Shown here one piece after another: positions 28,277-37,136 of a stretch of 64,000 nucleotides of DNA (positions are counted from its first letter, which is position 1; each line of letters opens with the position of its first letter). The notes below the pieces were generated by a model. That model made no database searches and had not been told where the DNA came from. It saw only the letters and a list, made by a program, of their open reading frames with translations. This DNA comes from a virus (taxonomy: Duplodnaviria; Caudoviricetes): the IMG/VR virus record IMGVR_UViG_3300027705_000005, positions 1 to 64,000 of that record. One strand, 5' to 3'. The translations under genes and the position numbers were made by a program.

Positions 28277-28309
28277 AGAGTTGGGTTATCGGCAAACCCA
28301 ACTCTTTTT
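28277..28309 (+). terminator. Intrinsic terminator ending the Ubl operon
   Basis: AGAGTTGGGTT / AACCCAACTCT followed by a T run. Confidence 0.85.
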
Positions 28310-28337
28310 ATTAACAGTTACATCAAATTCAAACAAA

Positions 28338-28742
28338 ATGAAAGAATCAGAAGAAGACATCTCTGCAAGAGCGGAGGAATATGTAAGAAAATATATAAAA
28401 GGCAATGTTATAGATTTTTCAGTTGAGGTAGAAGTCGTAAAAAGTTTCATCGAAGGCTACAAATCCTGTTTAAAAGCAATAGACCAAGTAAAGCAAAAAC
28501 ACGGAAGTATTTTTGAAAATAAAACTTACGAAGAATTAAAAAGCGAAACATTAGAGGTTAAAAAACTATCTCCAATAGAAAGGATAGGCTATTTAATTGA
28601 AATGTACGAAAAAGAAAGAGAACGGTTAATGGTTATTTTAAAGCCATATTATCAAAAACAACAGTATGCAGAGGCAAAAGAATATCAAGACAGAATGAAT
28701 CATATAACTGAATTTATAGCACAATTAAAAATAATAAAATGA
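28338..28742 (+). CDS. Hypothetical protein (CG-rich insert)
   Basis: ATG at 28338 after the terminator; the ORF-track start runs through the terminator. Confidence 0.7.
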   Translation: MKESEEDISARAEEYVRKYIKGNVIDFSVEVEVVKSFIEGYKSCLKAIDQVKQKHGSIFENKTYEELKSETLEVKKLSPIERIGYLIEMYEKERERLMVILKPYYQKQQYAEAKEYQDRMNHITEFIAQLKIIK

Positions 28743-28966
28743 ACACACCAGTAGATGTAATGTATAGTTCATTTCTGATTAGACTTGAATTAACGCCAAA
28801 ACAACAAATGATATTAAATCAACACTATGAACACGCTAAAGAGTTGGAAAAAGATGAGATAGAGAGAGCATTTTGCAAAGGTATGTTTGACCCTGATGAT
28901 GAGGAAGATGAAGTTTGGAGTAGTGAAGCTGCTTTAAATTACTATGAAAATAGATTTGATTTATAA
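28739..28966 (+). CDS. Small Bacteroidota-phage-type hypothetical protein
   Basis: TPV...AKELEK..I..AF..G...YYE pattern. Confidence 0.7.
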   Translation: MNTPVDVMYSSFLIRLELTPKQQMILNQHYEHAKELEKDEIERAFCKGMFDPDDEEDEVWSSEAALNYYENRFDL

Positions 28967-28985
28967 CATAAAAAACAGATAAATT

Positions 28986-29357
28986 ATGGAAACAGAATTA
29001 GAAAAATATTCAATAATAACTTATGAAGGTTCACAAAAATATGAAGGTGATAAAGTTTTTTCAGTAGAATTTAAACCTTTCCTTATTAGTCAAATTGGAT
29101 GTACGACAGTAATTAATAATATTTATCAATTATACGATAGGCATATTTTTTTCTCCAAACACGAAAACGCAATAAATTATATTTTATTAAACAAACCTTG
29201 CCTTAATGTTAAAGAAATAGCCGAAGAGTTAGGCTGGTTTTTTGAAAAAGAAAAGACACAAGTTAATTTTGAGGAAATGGTAAGTTTATTAAAATCTCTT
29301 GTTTTTGGTAAAATTCCTGTCAATAGAAAAGAAGAGCAAGGGCAAGAAAATATTTAA
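28986..29357 (+). CDS. Hypothetical protein
   Basis: ORF; ends with an FS..E.A..YI..NKPCL-type module. Confidence 0.7.
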   Translation: METELEKYSIITYEGSQKYEGDKVFSVEFKPFLISQIGCTTVINNIYQLYDRHIFFSKHENAINYILLNKPCLNVKEIAEELGWFFEKEKTQVNFEEMVSLLKSLVFGKIPVNRKEEQGQENI

Positions 29358-29491
29358 TTATGGTATCAGAAGCACTAAACTTGAATATCAGCACTAATGT
29401 AGCACTTGCCACTAACTAATCGCTTGGTATGACAAGAAATGTAATTAAACTTAGAGATTATTTAAATAATGTAATAAATACAATAAAATAA

Positions 29492-29806
29492 ATGGAAAAA
29501 GTAATAAGAGATGGTAAAGTAGCAATACTTTATTCACCAGGATTGGGAGCAGGTTGGTATTCATGGAATACTGATCATAAAGAACTAATATTTCATCCTA
29601 AATTAGTTGAACTTGTAGAAGCTGGAAGAGAAAAAGAAATAGATGAGGAATTTGTTAAAGATCTTCTTGGAATAGAACATATATATACTGGTGGAGCAAG
29701 AGATTTAGAAATAATATGGCTTGATGAAGGAACTGCTTTTACAATATCGGAATATGATGGAAGTGAAAGTGTAGAAATAATAGATGATTTAACAATAGTG
29801 GCATAA
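29492..29806 (+). CDS. Conserved phage hypothetical protein
   Basis: GKVAILYSPG.GAGW...EYDGSE pattern. Confidence 0.8.
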   Translation: MEKVIRDGKVAILYSPGLGAGWYSWNTDHKELIFHPKLVELVEAGREKEIDEEFVKDLLGIEHIYTGGARDLEIIWLDEGTAFTISEYDGSESVEIIDDLTIVA

Positions 29807-29840
29807 TTTTTTTAATTTATAACCAATAAAATTTATAAGT

Positions 29841-30020
29841 ATGAGCAACATTGATAGGCAATTAATTGAAGAGAATGAGTGGGGATATAGTTTTGATGAT
29901 TATTGGGAATTAAAAGACCAAGAAATGAGAGAAAGAATGGAAGCATTTGAAGAAATGAGGGAAATTACAGGAAAAGAAATAATAGATATAGAGTACGAAG
30001 ACATAGAGTTATATTTCTAA
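29841..30020 (+). CDS. Small acidic protein (not in the ORF track)
   Basis: MSNIDRQLIEENEWGYSFDDYW... fills the intergenic gap. Confidence 0.5.
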   Translation: MSNIDRQLIEENEWGYSFDDYWELKDQEMRERMEAFEEMREITGKEIIDIEYEDIELYF

Positions 30021-30035
30021 TTTTAAAAAGTCTCA

Positions 30036-30434
30036 ATGACAAAAACAAAAAGTAGTATTGGTAAAACTAATAAAACTAAGGGGAGCAACTTGGAAAGATT
30101 AGTAGCCAAGAACATGAGAGAAATTGTTGGATATACATTTGCAAAAACTACAAGAGCTACATCTAAATTACTAGATGCCTCTAAAATAGATATTGCATTT
30201 GTACCATACAATATACAAACGAAGAATGGGTATGCTAAAAGTTACCCTAAATATGATATTGTATTTAAAGAAATGGAGGAAGGTTTAAAAAAGAACTTTC
30301 CTCCTGAAGAGAAGTATCATAATTATCCAAAGATACTAATACATAAATTACCAGAAAAAGGAACGTTTGCAACAATAACATATGATTTTTTATTAACTTT
30401 GTTAAAAATAAAATTTGATTATGAGCAAAAGTGA
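30036..30434 (+). CDS. Holliday junction resolvase-like PD-(D/E)XK nuclease
   Basis: KGSNLERLVA...DASKIDI...NIQTK. Confidence 0.75.
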   Translation: MTKTKSSIGKTNKTKGSNLERLVAKNMREIVGYTFAKTTRATSKLLDASKIDIAFVPYNIQTKNGYAKSYPKYDIVFKEMEEGLKKNFPPEEKYHNYPKILIHKLPEKGTFATITYDFLLTLLKIKFDYEQK

Positions 30435-31398
30435 TAGAGTAAAAGCATATTTTAAGAATCCAGCATTATCTCAATCTGAGATTAAAGGAATACTTAAAGG
30501 ACCACATCTGGTTAAATTATTAGAAAAGAATCCTAATTACTTTGAAGAAAGTGAAGCAATGTTAATAGGATCTTTAGTAGATGATATGTTTACTTATGAT
30601 ACAGAAGAATTAATGGAATTGTATTATGTTGGTGATATTGAAAATAAACCATCTGATACAATGGTATCCATTATTAGAAAAGTGTTTGATAATAGAATCA
30701 ATAATGACCTTTCTGATTGTAATAACAATCAATTGATATTAGATTCTGCTAATGAACATGGACATGGAAAAGGTAAGTATAAAGATGAAAGAATTATTAG
30801 TGATGTATTAAAAGCAGAAGGATATTGGAATGATCTTTTAAAAATTGGTACTAAAACATTAGTATCAGTATATGAATATAACTTAGCATGTAAGATCAAT
30901 AACAGTATCAGAGAACATGAATATACTAAAGAAATATTTGATAATCCTCATAAGTTTCAAGTAGATTTATATTTTAAAACAGAAGAATTTGAATGTAAAG
31001 CATTATTAGATTTAATTACATATGACGAGAAAAGAAACGCAATATGTCCTTTTGATTTTAAAGTAACTGGTTTTAATACATTATTTCATATACCATTTAA
31101 TAAATTCAAATATGGAATCCAAAGTGAGTTCTACACAGAAGCAATATATGCTAACAGAGATCATATATCAAACCTGTTTAATATTGATAATACTTTTACA
31201 GTAGATCCTTTTAAATTTATTGTGGAATCTTTTAATAATCCAGGAATACCATTGGTATATGAATTAAAATTAGAAACTATTGTAGATGCACAATTAATGA
31301 TTAAAGAAGGTATAGAGTTATACAGATGGCATTCAGTAAATAATATATGGGATACAACTAAAGAGATTTTTAACTCTAAAGGGCAACTATCTATATGA
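30415..31398 (+). CDS. PD-(D/E)XK exonuclease (RecE/ExoVIII-like)
   Basis: LSQSEIK, GSLVD, KALLD, DFK, YGIQSEFY. Confidence 0.8.
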   Translation: MIMSKSDRVKAYFKNPALSQSEIKGILKGPHLVKLLEKNPNYFEESEAMLIGSLVDDMFTYDTEELMELYYVGDIENKPSDTMVSIIRKVFDNRINNDLSDCNNNQLILDSANEHGHGKGKYKDERIISDVLKAEGYWNDLLKIGTKTLVSVYEYNLACKINNSIREHEYTKEIFDNPHKFQVDLYFKTEEFECKALLDLITYDEKRNAICPFDFKVTGFNTLFHIPFNKFKYGIQSEFYTEAIYANRDHISNLFNIDNTFTVDPFKFIVESFNNPGIPLVYELKLETIVDAQLMIKEGIELYRWHSVNNIWDTTKEIFNSKGQLSI

Positions 31399-31955
31399 AA
31401 TTACCAATTAACAGAACCCTTCAGTATTTAGCAATGAGTATTCAGACTTTACCTGAAGTACAGAATTGTTTAAAAATAATATTAGAAAAGAAACCATTAG
31501 ACTATATGGGAATTTTCATTAATGATGCAAGATACATAGCAACATCTGAATCAGACACATATTTATTTTTAAAAGTATCACAAGCAGCTTGTGATTATAT
31601 AGTGAGTAAAGCAGATAATGAGGTAATAGATTATTACAAGAATCCAGATAAGACAGCTATAATAGTAATAGAACCAAAAATGGATATAGAAGGATGGAAA
31701 ATGCACTTTGTTAAAGGTGAATATTCTAAAATCTATACAGATAAACAATTAAGAAAATTTAATTTAAATGATGATACTGATCTTGGTAAGATAAGAAATT
31801 CAGTATTATTTAAGAGAAAAGAATACTGGGATGATTTTAAACTAGTATTAGATAAAGAATTTGGAGGAATAAATTTAAATGAAGGATATGATGGAAGAGA
31901 ATTAGATCTTCCACCAAAATTAAGTGAAGAAATTTTAAACTATAAACCAATGTAA
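31395..31955 (+). CDS. Hypothetical protein
   Basis: F..GEYSKIY...ELDLPP...EIL pattern; coupled ORF. Confidence 0.75.
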   Translation: MKLPINRTLQYLAMSIQTLPEVQNCLKIILEKKPLDYMGIFINDARYIATSESDTYLFLKVSQAACDYIVSKADNEVIDYYKNPDKTAIIVIEPKMDIEGWKMHFVKGEYSKIYTDKQLRKFNLNDDTDLGKIRNSVLFKRKEYWDDFKLVLDKEFGGINLNEGYDGRELDLPPKLSEEILNYKPM

Positions 31956-32215
31956 TGGAAAAAATAAATTTTAAAGAACTACCAAGTAATCCAATTCATG
32001 GTGGAATACAATATGTATATTTAGCTGAAAATGGTTATGGGGCATCAATTGTTAAACATAGTTTTTCTTATGGCAATGATCAAGGACTATGGGAATTGGC
32101 AGTTTTAGGTAAAGATGGTAGTTTAACTTATGATATTGAAATAACAGATGATGTATTAGGTTATTTATCGGAAGAAGATGTCAATGAGACATTATTAAGA
32201 ATATCAAAATTATGA
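31955..32215 (+). CDS. Conserved phage hypothetical protein
   Basis: NGYGASIV..SYG..GLWELAVL..DDVLGYL. Confidence 0.8.
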   Translation: MEKINFKELPSNPIHGGIQYVYLAENGYGASIVKHSFSYGNDQGLWELAVLGKDGSLTYDIEITDDVLGYLSEEDVNETLLRISKL

Positions 32216-32216
32216 T

Positions 32217-32393
32217 ATGGAAAAAGAAATAAAAAAATGTGAGAAATGTGGATGGAGAGGATATGAAGATGAATTACAAGTTAATCCAGTATCATTAGAT
32301 GGAGGAGAAGATGTAACATTTATTAAAGTATGTCCTAAATGTAATGATGAAGATTATTTAATAGATCCTTGGGAAGATGATTCAGAAGGTTAA
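32217..32393 (+). CDS. Small zinc-ribbon protein (not in the ORF track)
   Basis: CEKCGW...CPKC in a 58-aa ORF. Confidence 0.65.
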   Translation: MEKEIKKCEKCGWRGYEDELQVNPVSLDGGEDVTFIKVCPKCNDEDYLIDPWEDDSEG

Positions 32394-32586
32394 TATAGAT
32401 GATTTAATTCATGACTTAGCAGTTAATGAATTAATGGGAGAAATGGATGACTTCTTCCATGAGGAGTTTACTCTTTATATAAATGGAGATTCTGATATTA
32501 AAGAAATTAAACCAGAATATGAAGATTTATATCATAATTATCTTAGAAAGTATAGAGAGATAGTTCAAAAAAATGTAATAAAATAA
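32377..32586 (+). CDS. Small hypothetical protein
   Basis: Overlapping ORF. Confidence 0.6.
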   Translation: MIQKVNIDDLIHDLAVNELMGEMDDFFHEEFTLYINGDSDIKEIKPEYEDLYHNYLRKYREIVQKNVIK

Positions 32587-32605
32587 TAGAATAAAATAAA
32601 TTAAA

Positions 32606-32992
32606 ATGAACAGATTATTAGTAATTTGTTTCTTGTGCTTATGCTCCTTTGTGGGTATAAGTCAGGAAACTAAGATATATCCAGAGAAAACTGTATATTA
32701 TAAAGAAAATTCCAAAGGTGAAATGGAATACATAAATACTGAATTGTATGTAAAAGAATTACTTATGTTTCAATACAATGATACATATGTTAGTTTAAAC
32801 TTTTATATAGGAGAGTATAGATATACTTACTTTTTTGATTATGAATATTCAGAAAATAAAGGAATAGATGAAGAAGTACAATATTGGAGAAGTAATGTAA
32901 ATGAATGTTTAATGATATTAGAAGATAGTACTATTACTATTTACAGTTTTAAGTATAAATTTTCAATTGTATATCATATTATTGATAATTAA
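32606..32992 (+). CDS. Exported protein with signal peptide
   Basis: MNRLLVICFLCLCSFVGIS-Q. Confidence 0.7.
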   Translation: MNRLLVICFLCLCSFVGISQETKIYPEKTVYYKENSKGEMEYINTELYVKELLMFQYNDTYVSLNFYIGEYRYTYFFDYEYSENKGIDEEVQYWRSNVNECLMILEDSTITIYSFKYKFSIVYHIIDN

Positions 32993-32998
32993 TTATAT

Positions 32999-34149
32999 AT
33001 GAGTAATATCAAATGTGAAATATATGACTTAGAAACTTATAGAAATCAATTCTTATATTGTTCTATGGATTTTCTTACTAAAGAGACTATTGTTTTTGAA
33101 GTAAGTACTGAAGTAGATGATAGATTATTGATCTATGAGCATCTAAGTCATGTTACACATCAAATTGGTTATAATAATAAAGGTTTTGATTATCCAATAA
33201 TTGAATATGTTCTTCTTAATAAATCTAAATTATTGTTAGTAAAACCAGAAGATTTTAGTTGGATGATACATGAGAAAGCCCAAGAATTAATAGGTAATGA
33301 TTCCTGGTATAAACCTCAGTTAAAAATAGCACAATTAGATCTTTATAAACTTAATCATTTTGATAGATTTAAAATATCATTAAAGTATTGTGGATTTGGT
33401 CTTAGGATGCCTGTACTGCAAGATTTACCTGTAAGGTATGATGCAATGCTATCTTCAGAAGAAATGGCTGTAATGAGGAAGTATGTTATTAATGATGTAG
33501 AAACTACTTATGCTTTGTATATACATTCTAAGCCATTAATTGAATTAAGAAAACAATCTAAAATAGATTATAATTTTGATTGTAGTTCAATGTCCAATAC
33601 TGCTGTAGCTAGAAATGTATTTATTAAAGATTATTGTGCAGCAACTGGAATAAGTAGATATGAATTAAAGGAACTTAAAACAGATTATCACTTCTTATAT
33701 CCAAGAGATGTAATTTCAAATAAGATAAAATTTGAAACACCAAAGTATCAAGAATTACTTAACAAACTTATGTTAGATAATACTAATTTAATAGAAAGTA
33801 ATTTAAAATATACTTTTAATTGCAATACAATAGTTACTGCATTGGGTAAGGGAGGTGCACATAGTATAAATAATCCAAGCTATTATGATAATAAAAATAT
33901 GTTACTTTGGGACTGGGATTGGAGTGCATTTTATCCAAATATCATATTATTCTTAAAACTTGCTCCAAAGCATATTAATAGAGATATTTATCTAAATATA
34001 ATTAGAAAGTTATTACAAGCAAAAATAGATTATCAAGCAGCAGGAGATAAGTTAAGAACATTAGCAAGTAAAATTAGCATAAATAGTAGTTTTGGGATGT
34101 TATCGTCAGAAGGATCACCAACTAAAGATATCTCAGTATTATATTCCGT
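32999..34149 (+). CDS. polB: Family B DNA polymerase, exon 1 (3'-5' exonuclease plus motifs A/B)
   Basis: YDLET ExoI, GYNNKGFD ExoII, YVINDV ExoIII, DWSAFYP motif A, KISINSSFG motif B. Confidence 0.92.
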
Positions 34150-35245
34150 TTCAAATGTGGCGGAATTAAAAGGTTGTTAATTGCTGGAATCTCCTAAAGA
34201 TTTTGTCACTACAACATAAGTTTGAAATAAAACTAAGTGTGAATGTTTAAAAAGACAAAATATTATAGTATATTTGTGAAAAAATATATTATAAATGGAT
34301 AATCAGCAGCCAAGTTCCGAAAAGGAAAAGGTTCAGAGACTATCTCGCAAGAGAGTACTTAACAATGAAGTATTAAAAAACATTGTTTGGGAAACGCAAC
34401 CCATTAAAAATGCAGTTTATATTTATACTTTAAGTTCTTCAAAAGACCACATACCAAGATATGTTGGATCAACCATTACTCCTTTAGTAAGATTAAAAAA
34501 TCATATGAAATCTAAAGAAAATGGATACAAAGCTAATTGGGTTAATAGTATTTTTAATAATAATCATGAATTAATCATGACTGTTATTGATTACTCTTTA
34601 ACTGTTAAAGAAGCTTTAATCAAAGAAGAACATTATATTAAATCAATTCCTAATTTAACCAATTATGAATTATTTCCTACAAAACCCAGATACAAAGAAT
34701 GTTACTTATACAATATTATAACAGGAGTATCTAAAAAATATGAATCTTTACAATTAGCTGCTTCGGATATTAATTTAAAAGGAAGTGTGTTGACTAATAT
34801 TGTTTTGAAACATTTATATTTATTTAATTATATAGATGATTTTGAAAACATAATAGAAAAACATCATACAATTTTAATTAAAAGAGAAGAAGTTATTAAA
34901 AAATTTATAACACAAAGACAAGTCTCTATTTATTTAAATTGCAGTATGGGATTAGTAAATTTTTGTCTTATGGGACAAAGAAAAAGTTGTAAGGGATGGA
35001 AAATAATTAAAAAGGGAGGAGATTTTAATAAAATTGAAAAGAATTTGCGTTATAAATCAGTAAAATGTTTAAACGATAATAAAATATTTGATACTGGTAA
35101 AATAGCATCTCAATATTATAATATTGACAATTCAAGTTTATTGAAATGTTGCAAAGGATTAAGAAAAAGTGTAGGTGGATATAAATTTGTATATTTTAAT
35201 GATGATATAGTCCAACCATAATTGAAAAATTATGGATTTTTAAAG
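34150..35245 (+). mobile_element. Group I (IA-type) self-splicing intron in polB carrying a homing endonuclease
   Basis: P1 TTCCGT/GCGGAA with a U-G pair at the 5' splice site; P10 TGTG/CACA; P AATTGCTGGAA, Q AATCAGCAG, R GTTCAGAGACTA, S GATATAGTCC; P3 TTGTTAA/TTAACAA; P9 CCATAATT-GAAA-AATTATGG; terminal G35245. Confidence 0.93.
34295..35221 (+). CDS. Intron-encoded GIY-YIG-like endonuclease with NUMOD1-type repeats
   Basis: VYIYTL...RYVGST...RLKNH...EEHYI; C-terminal VKCLND..IF...A..YY.I.....KCCKG.RKSVGGYKF. Confidence 0.85.
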   Translation: MDNQQPSSEKEKVQRLSRKRVLNNEVLKNIVWETQPIKNAVYIYTLSSSKDHIPRYVGSTITPLVRLKNHMKSKENGYKANWVNSIFNNNHELIMTVIDYSLTVKEALIKEEHYIKSIPNLTNYELFPTKPRYKECYLYNIITGVSKKYESLQLAASDINLKGSVLTNIVLKHLYLFNYIDDFENIIEKHHTILIKREEVIKKFITQRQVSIYLNCSMGLVNFCLMGQRKSCKGWKIIKKGGDFNKIEKNLRYKSVKCLNDNKIFDTGKIASQYYNIDNSSLLKCCKGLRKSVGGYKFVYFNDDIVQP

Positions 35246-35960
35246 CACAATTAATGGACAATTATTACTATTAATGTTATGTGAAAAGTTAGAGAAGTTA
35301 GAGCGATTAAAGATAAGATACCAAAATACAGATGGTGTAATGATACAATTTCCAAAAGAATTAGTTACTGATGTAGAAAAAATTAGAGAAGATTTTCTAA
35401 AAGAAATAACAATTCCTTTAGAATCTGTTCCAATGAAAGCTATATATATGGAAAATGTTTCTTCTTATATTGCAATAACTGAGAAAGGAGAAGTAAAAAG
35501 AAAAGGGTCTTTTAAATTACTTAAAGATAGAGAGTTAAAGGATGATAGTTCTGCTATGATAGTTCCTATTGCCTTAGAACAATACTTTGTAAATAATATT
35601 CCTATCAGACAAACAATAGAAAATCATACAGATATATTTGATTTTTATATTGGAGTTAAAAAGATTGATCATGGAACCTATTATAGATATGCTGAATTAG
35701 TCAATGGAGAGTCTGTAACAACAGATTACCATGATAAGGTACTTAGATTCTATGTAACAAAGCAATCCTCTACTATAACTAAAATATATGGATCAGGTAA
35801 GACAGAAGCTGTAATCAAAGGTTATAATACAAAAATAGCTCAAATCCATGAAGATAAACCAATGAATCAGTATAAAATTAATTATAACTATTATGTAAAT
35901 CAATGTAATAAGATTATTGATAAAATATTTTTATCTGATTCAGAGATAAAATTTGAATAA
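35246..35960 (+). CDS. polB: Family B DNA polymerase, exon 2
   Basis: Splicing gives ...VLYS-V-TINGQLLLLMLCE...YQNTDG (motif C)...KRKG; 621 aa in total. Confidence 0.92.
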
Positions 35961-35966
35961 TAATTA

Positions 35967-35974
35967 TATGTTTG
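35967..35974 (+). promoter_or_regulatory. Bacteroidota -7 element TATGTTTG
   Basis: TAnnTTTG match 16 nt upstream of the ClpP-like gene. Confidence 0.5.
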
Positions 35975-35990
35975 TAAAAAAAAATAAAAT

Positions 35991-36485
35991 ATGAGTAAAT
36001 TTAATTTACTATCAGGAGAAATTGATTCTAACATGGTTAGACAAGTAATGGAAGTGTATAATTCTCATGAACTTGATTACATATTCTATCTTGATTCACC
36101 AGGTGGAGAAGCATGTAATGGTAGAATTATAAATGATCTTTTAGATATGCATAAAGAATCCACAACATTAATTGCAAGTGGATCTATTGCTTCTATGGCT
36201 TTAATACTATTCTTTCAAAGTAAATGTCATAAGATATTACTTCCAGAAACAGTAGGACTTGCACATAAAACAATGGTTTATACTAGTTTTAATAGTAGTG
36301 GACCAACACAGATATATGATAGAATGATTTATGAGAATTTAGTAAATAGTGATGAAAAACATTATGAATTATATAAGAAAATAGGATTTAATAAAAAAGA
36401 ACTTAAAGATTTTGAAAGTGGAATAGATATCCACTTACCATATAAAAGAATGAAAGAGTTATTAGAAATAAATAAAAAATCATAA
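35991..36485 (+). CDS. ClpP-like serine protease
   Basis: LSGEID, YLDSPGG, IASMA (catalytic Ser), LAH (His). Confidence 0.8.
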   Translation: MSKFNLLSGEIDSNMVRQVMEVYNSHELDYIFYLDSPGGEACNGRIINDLLDMHKESTTLIASGSIASMALILFFQSKCHKILLPETVGLAHKTMVYTSFNSSGPTQIYDRMIYENLVNSDEKHYELYKKIGFNKKELKDFESGIDIHLPYKRMKELLEINKKS

Positions 36486-36503
36486 ACATTTAAAAATAAA
36501 TAA

Positions 36504-37040
36504 ATGAAATTATCAGAATATCAAATTGAATGCCATAAAACATTGGCACATTTAGAAGGTAAGGAAGCTAACATTAATCATATGAGAGCTGGACTTATGA
36601 CAGAATTGGGAGAATTAATAGATTGTTTTAAGAAATGGTATGCTTATGGAAAAGAATTTGATAGAATTAATGCAAAAGAAGAAGTAGGAGACAGTTTTTG
36701 GTATATTGGTAATTTGGCTAACATATTGGGATATAAATTAGATGATCTATTAGTTGCACAAAAAGAAGATATTAAATTAGACTTAGATTTTGCTTTTAGG
36801 TTATCTATGAATGCAATGGATCAATTATCTCAATTATTTAACTATCATAATCCAGAAGAATATCAACTAAAGTATATGATTTATTCTTTAGTTAGAATAT
36901 CAGATTTGTTAAATTTTAAAGTAGAGGAGCTATTAGAGAACAATATTGAAAAACTTAGGGTGAGATATAGTGATAAATTTACTGCTCATGAAGCTTTAAA
37001 TAGAGATTTAAAAAGTGAATTAGTAGTTCTATCTAAATAA
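36504..37040 (+). CDS. MazG-like nucleotide pyrophosphohydrolase
   Basis: GLMTELGELID..KK...EEVGDSFWY...NIEKLRVRY. Confidence 0.88.
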   Translation: MKLSEYQIECHKTLAHLEGKEANINHMRAGLMTELGELIDCFKKWYAYGKEFDRINAKEEVGDSFWYIGNLANILGYKLDDLLVAQKEDIKLDLDFAFRLSMNAMDQLSQLFNYHNPEEYQLKYMIYSLVRISDLLNFKVEELLENNIEKLRVRYSDKFTAHEALNRDLKSELVVLSK

Positions 37041-37136
37041 GTATGAAAAAATTAGATATTGTAGATTATATAATGATTCAGAATTATATATTCATAGAAA
37101 AAAATATCCATACAAATAATAATTAAAAATAAATAA

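Noticed and set aside
16007-32600. AATAGAATAA as a middle-promoter motif (near 16009, 22347, 32586)
   Set aside because: Too close to background expectation in such an AT-rich sequence to support by eye
34141-35274. polB as a frameshifted pseudogene, two-subunit enzyme or intein-split gene
   Set aside because: Complete group I intron elements and an in-frame splice junction explain the break; no intein terminal motifs are present
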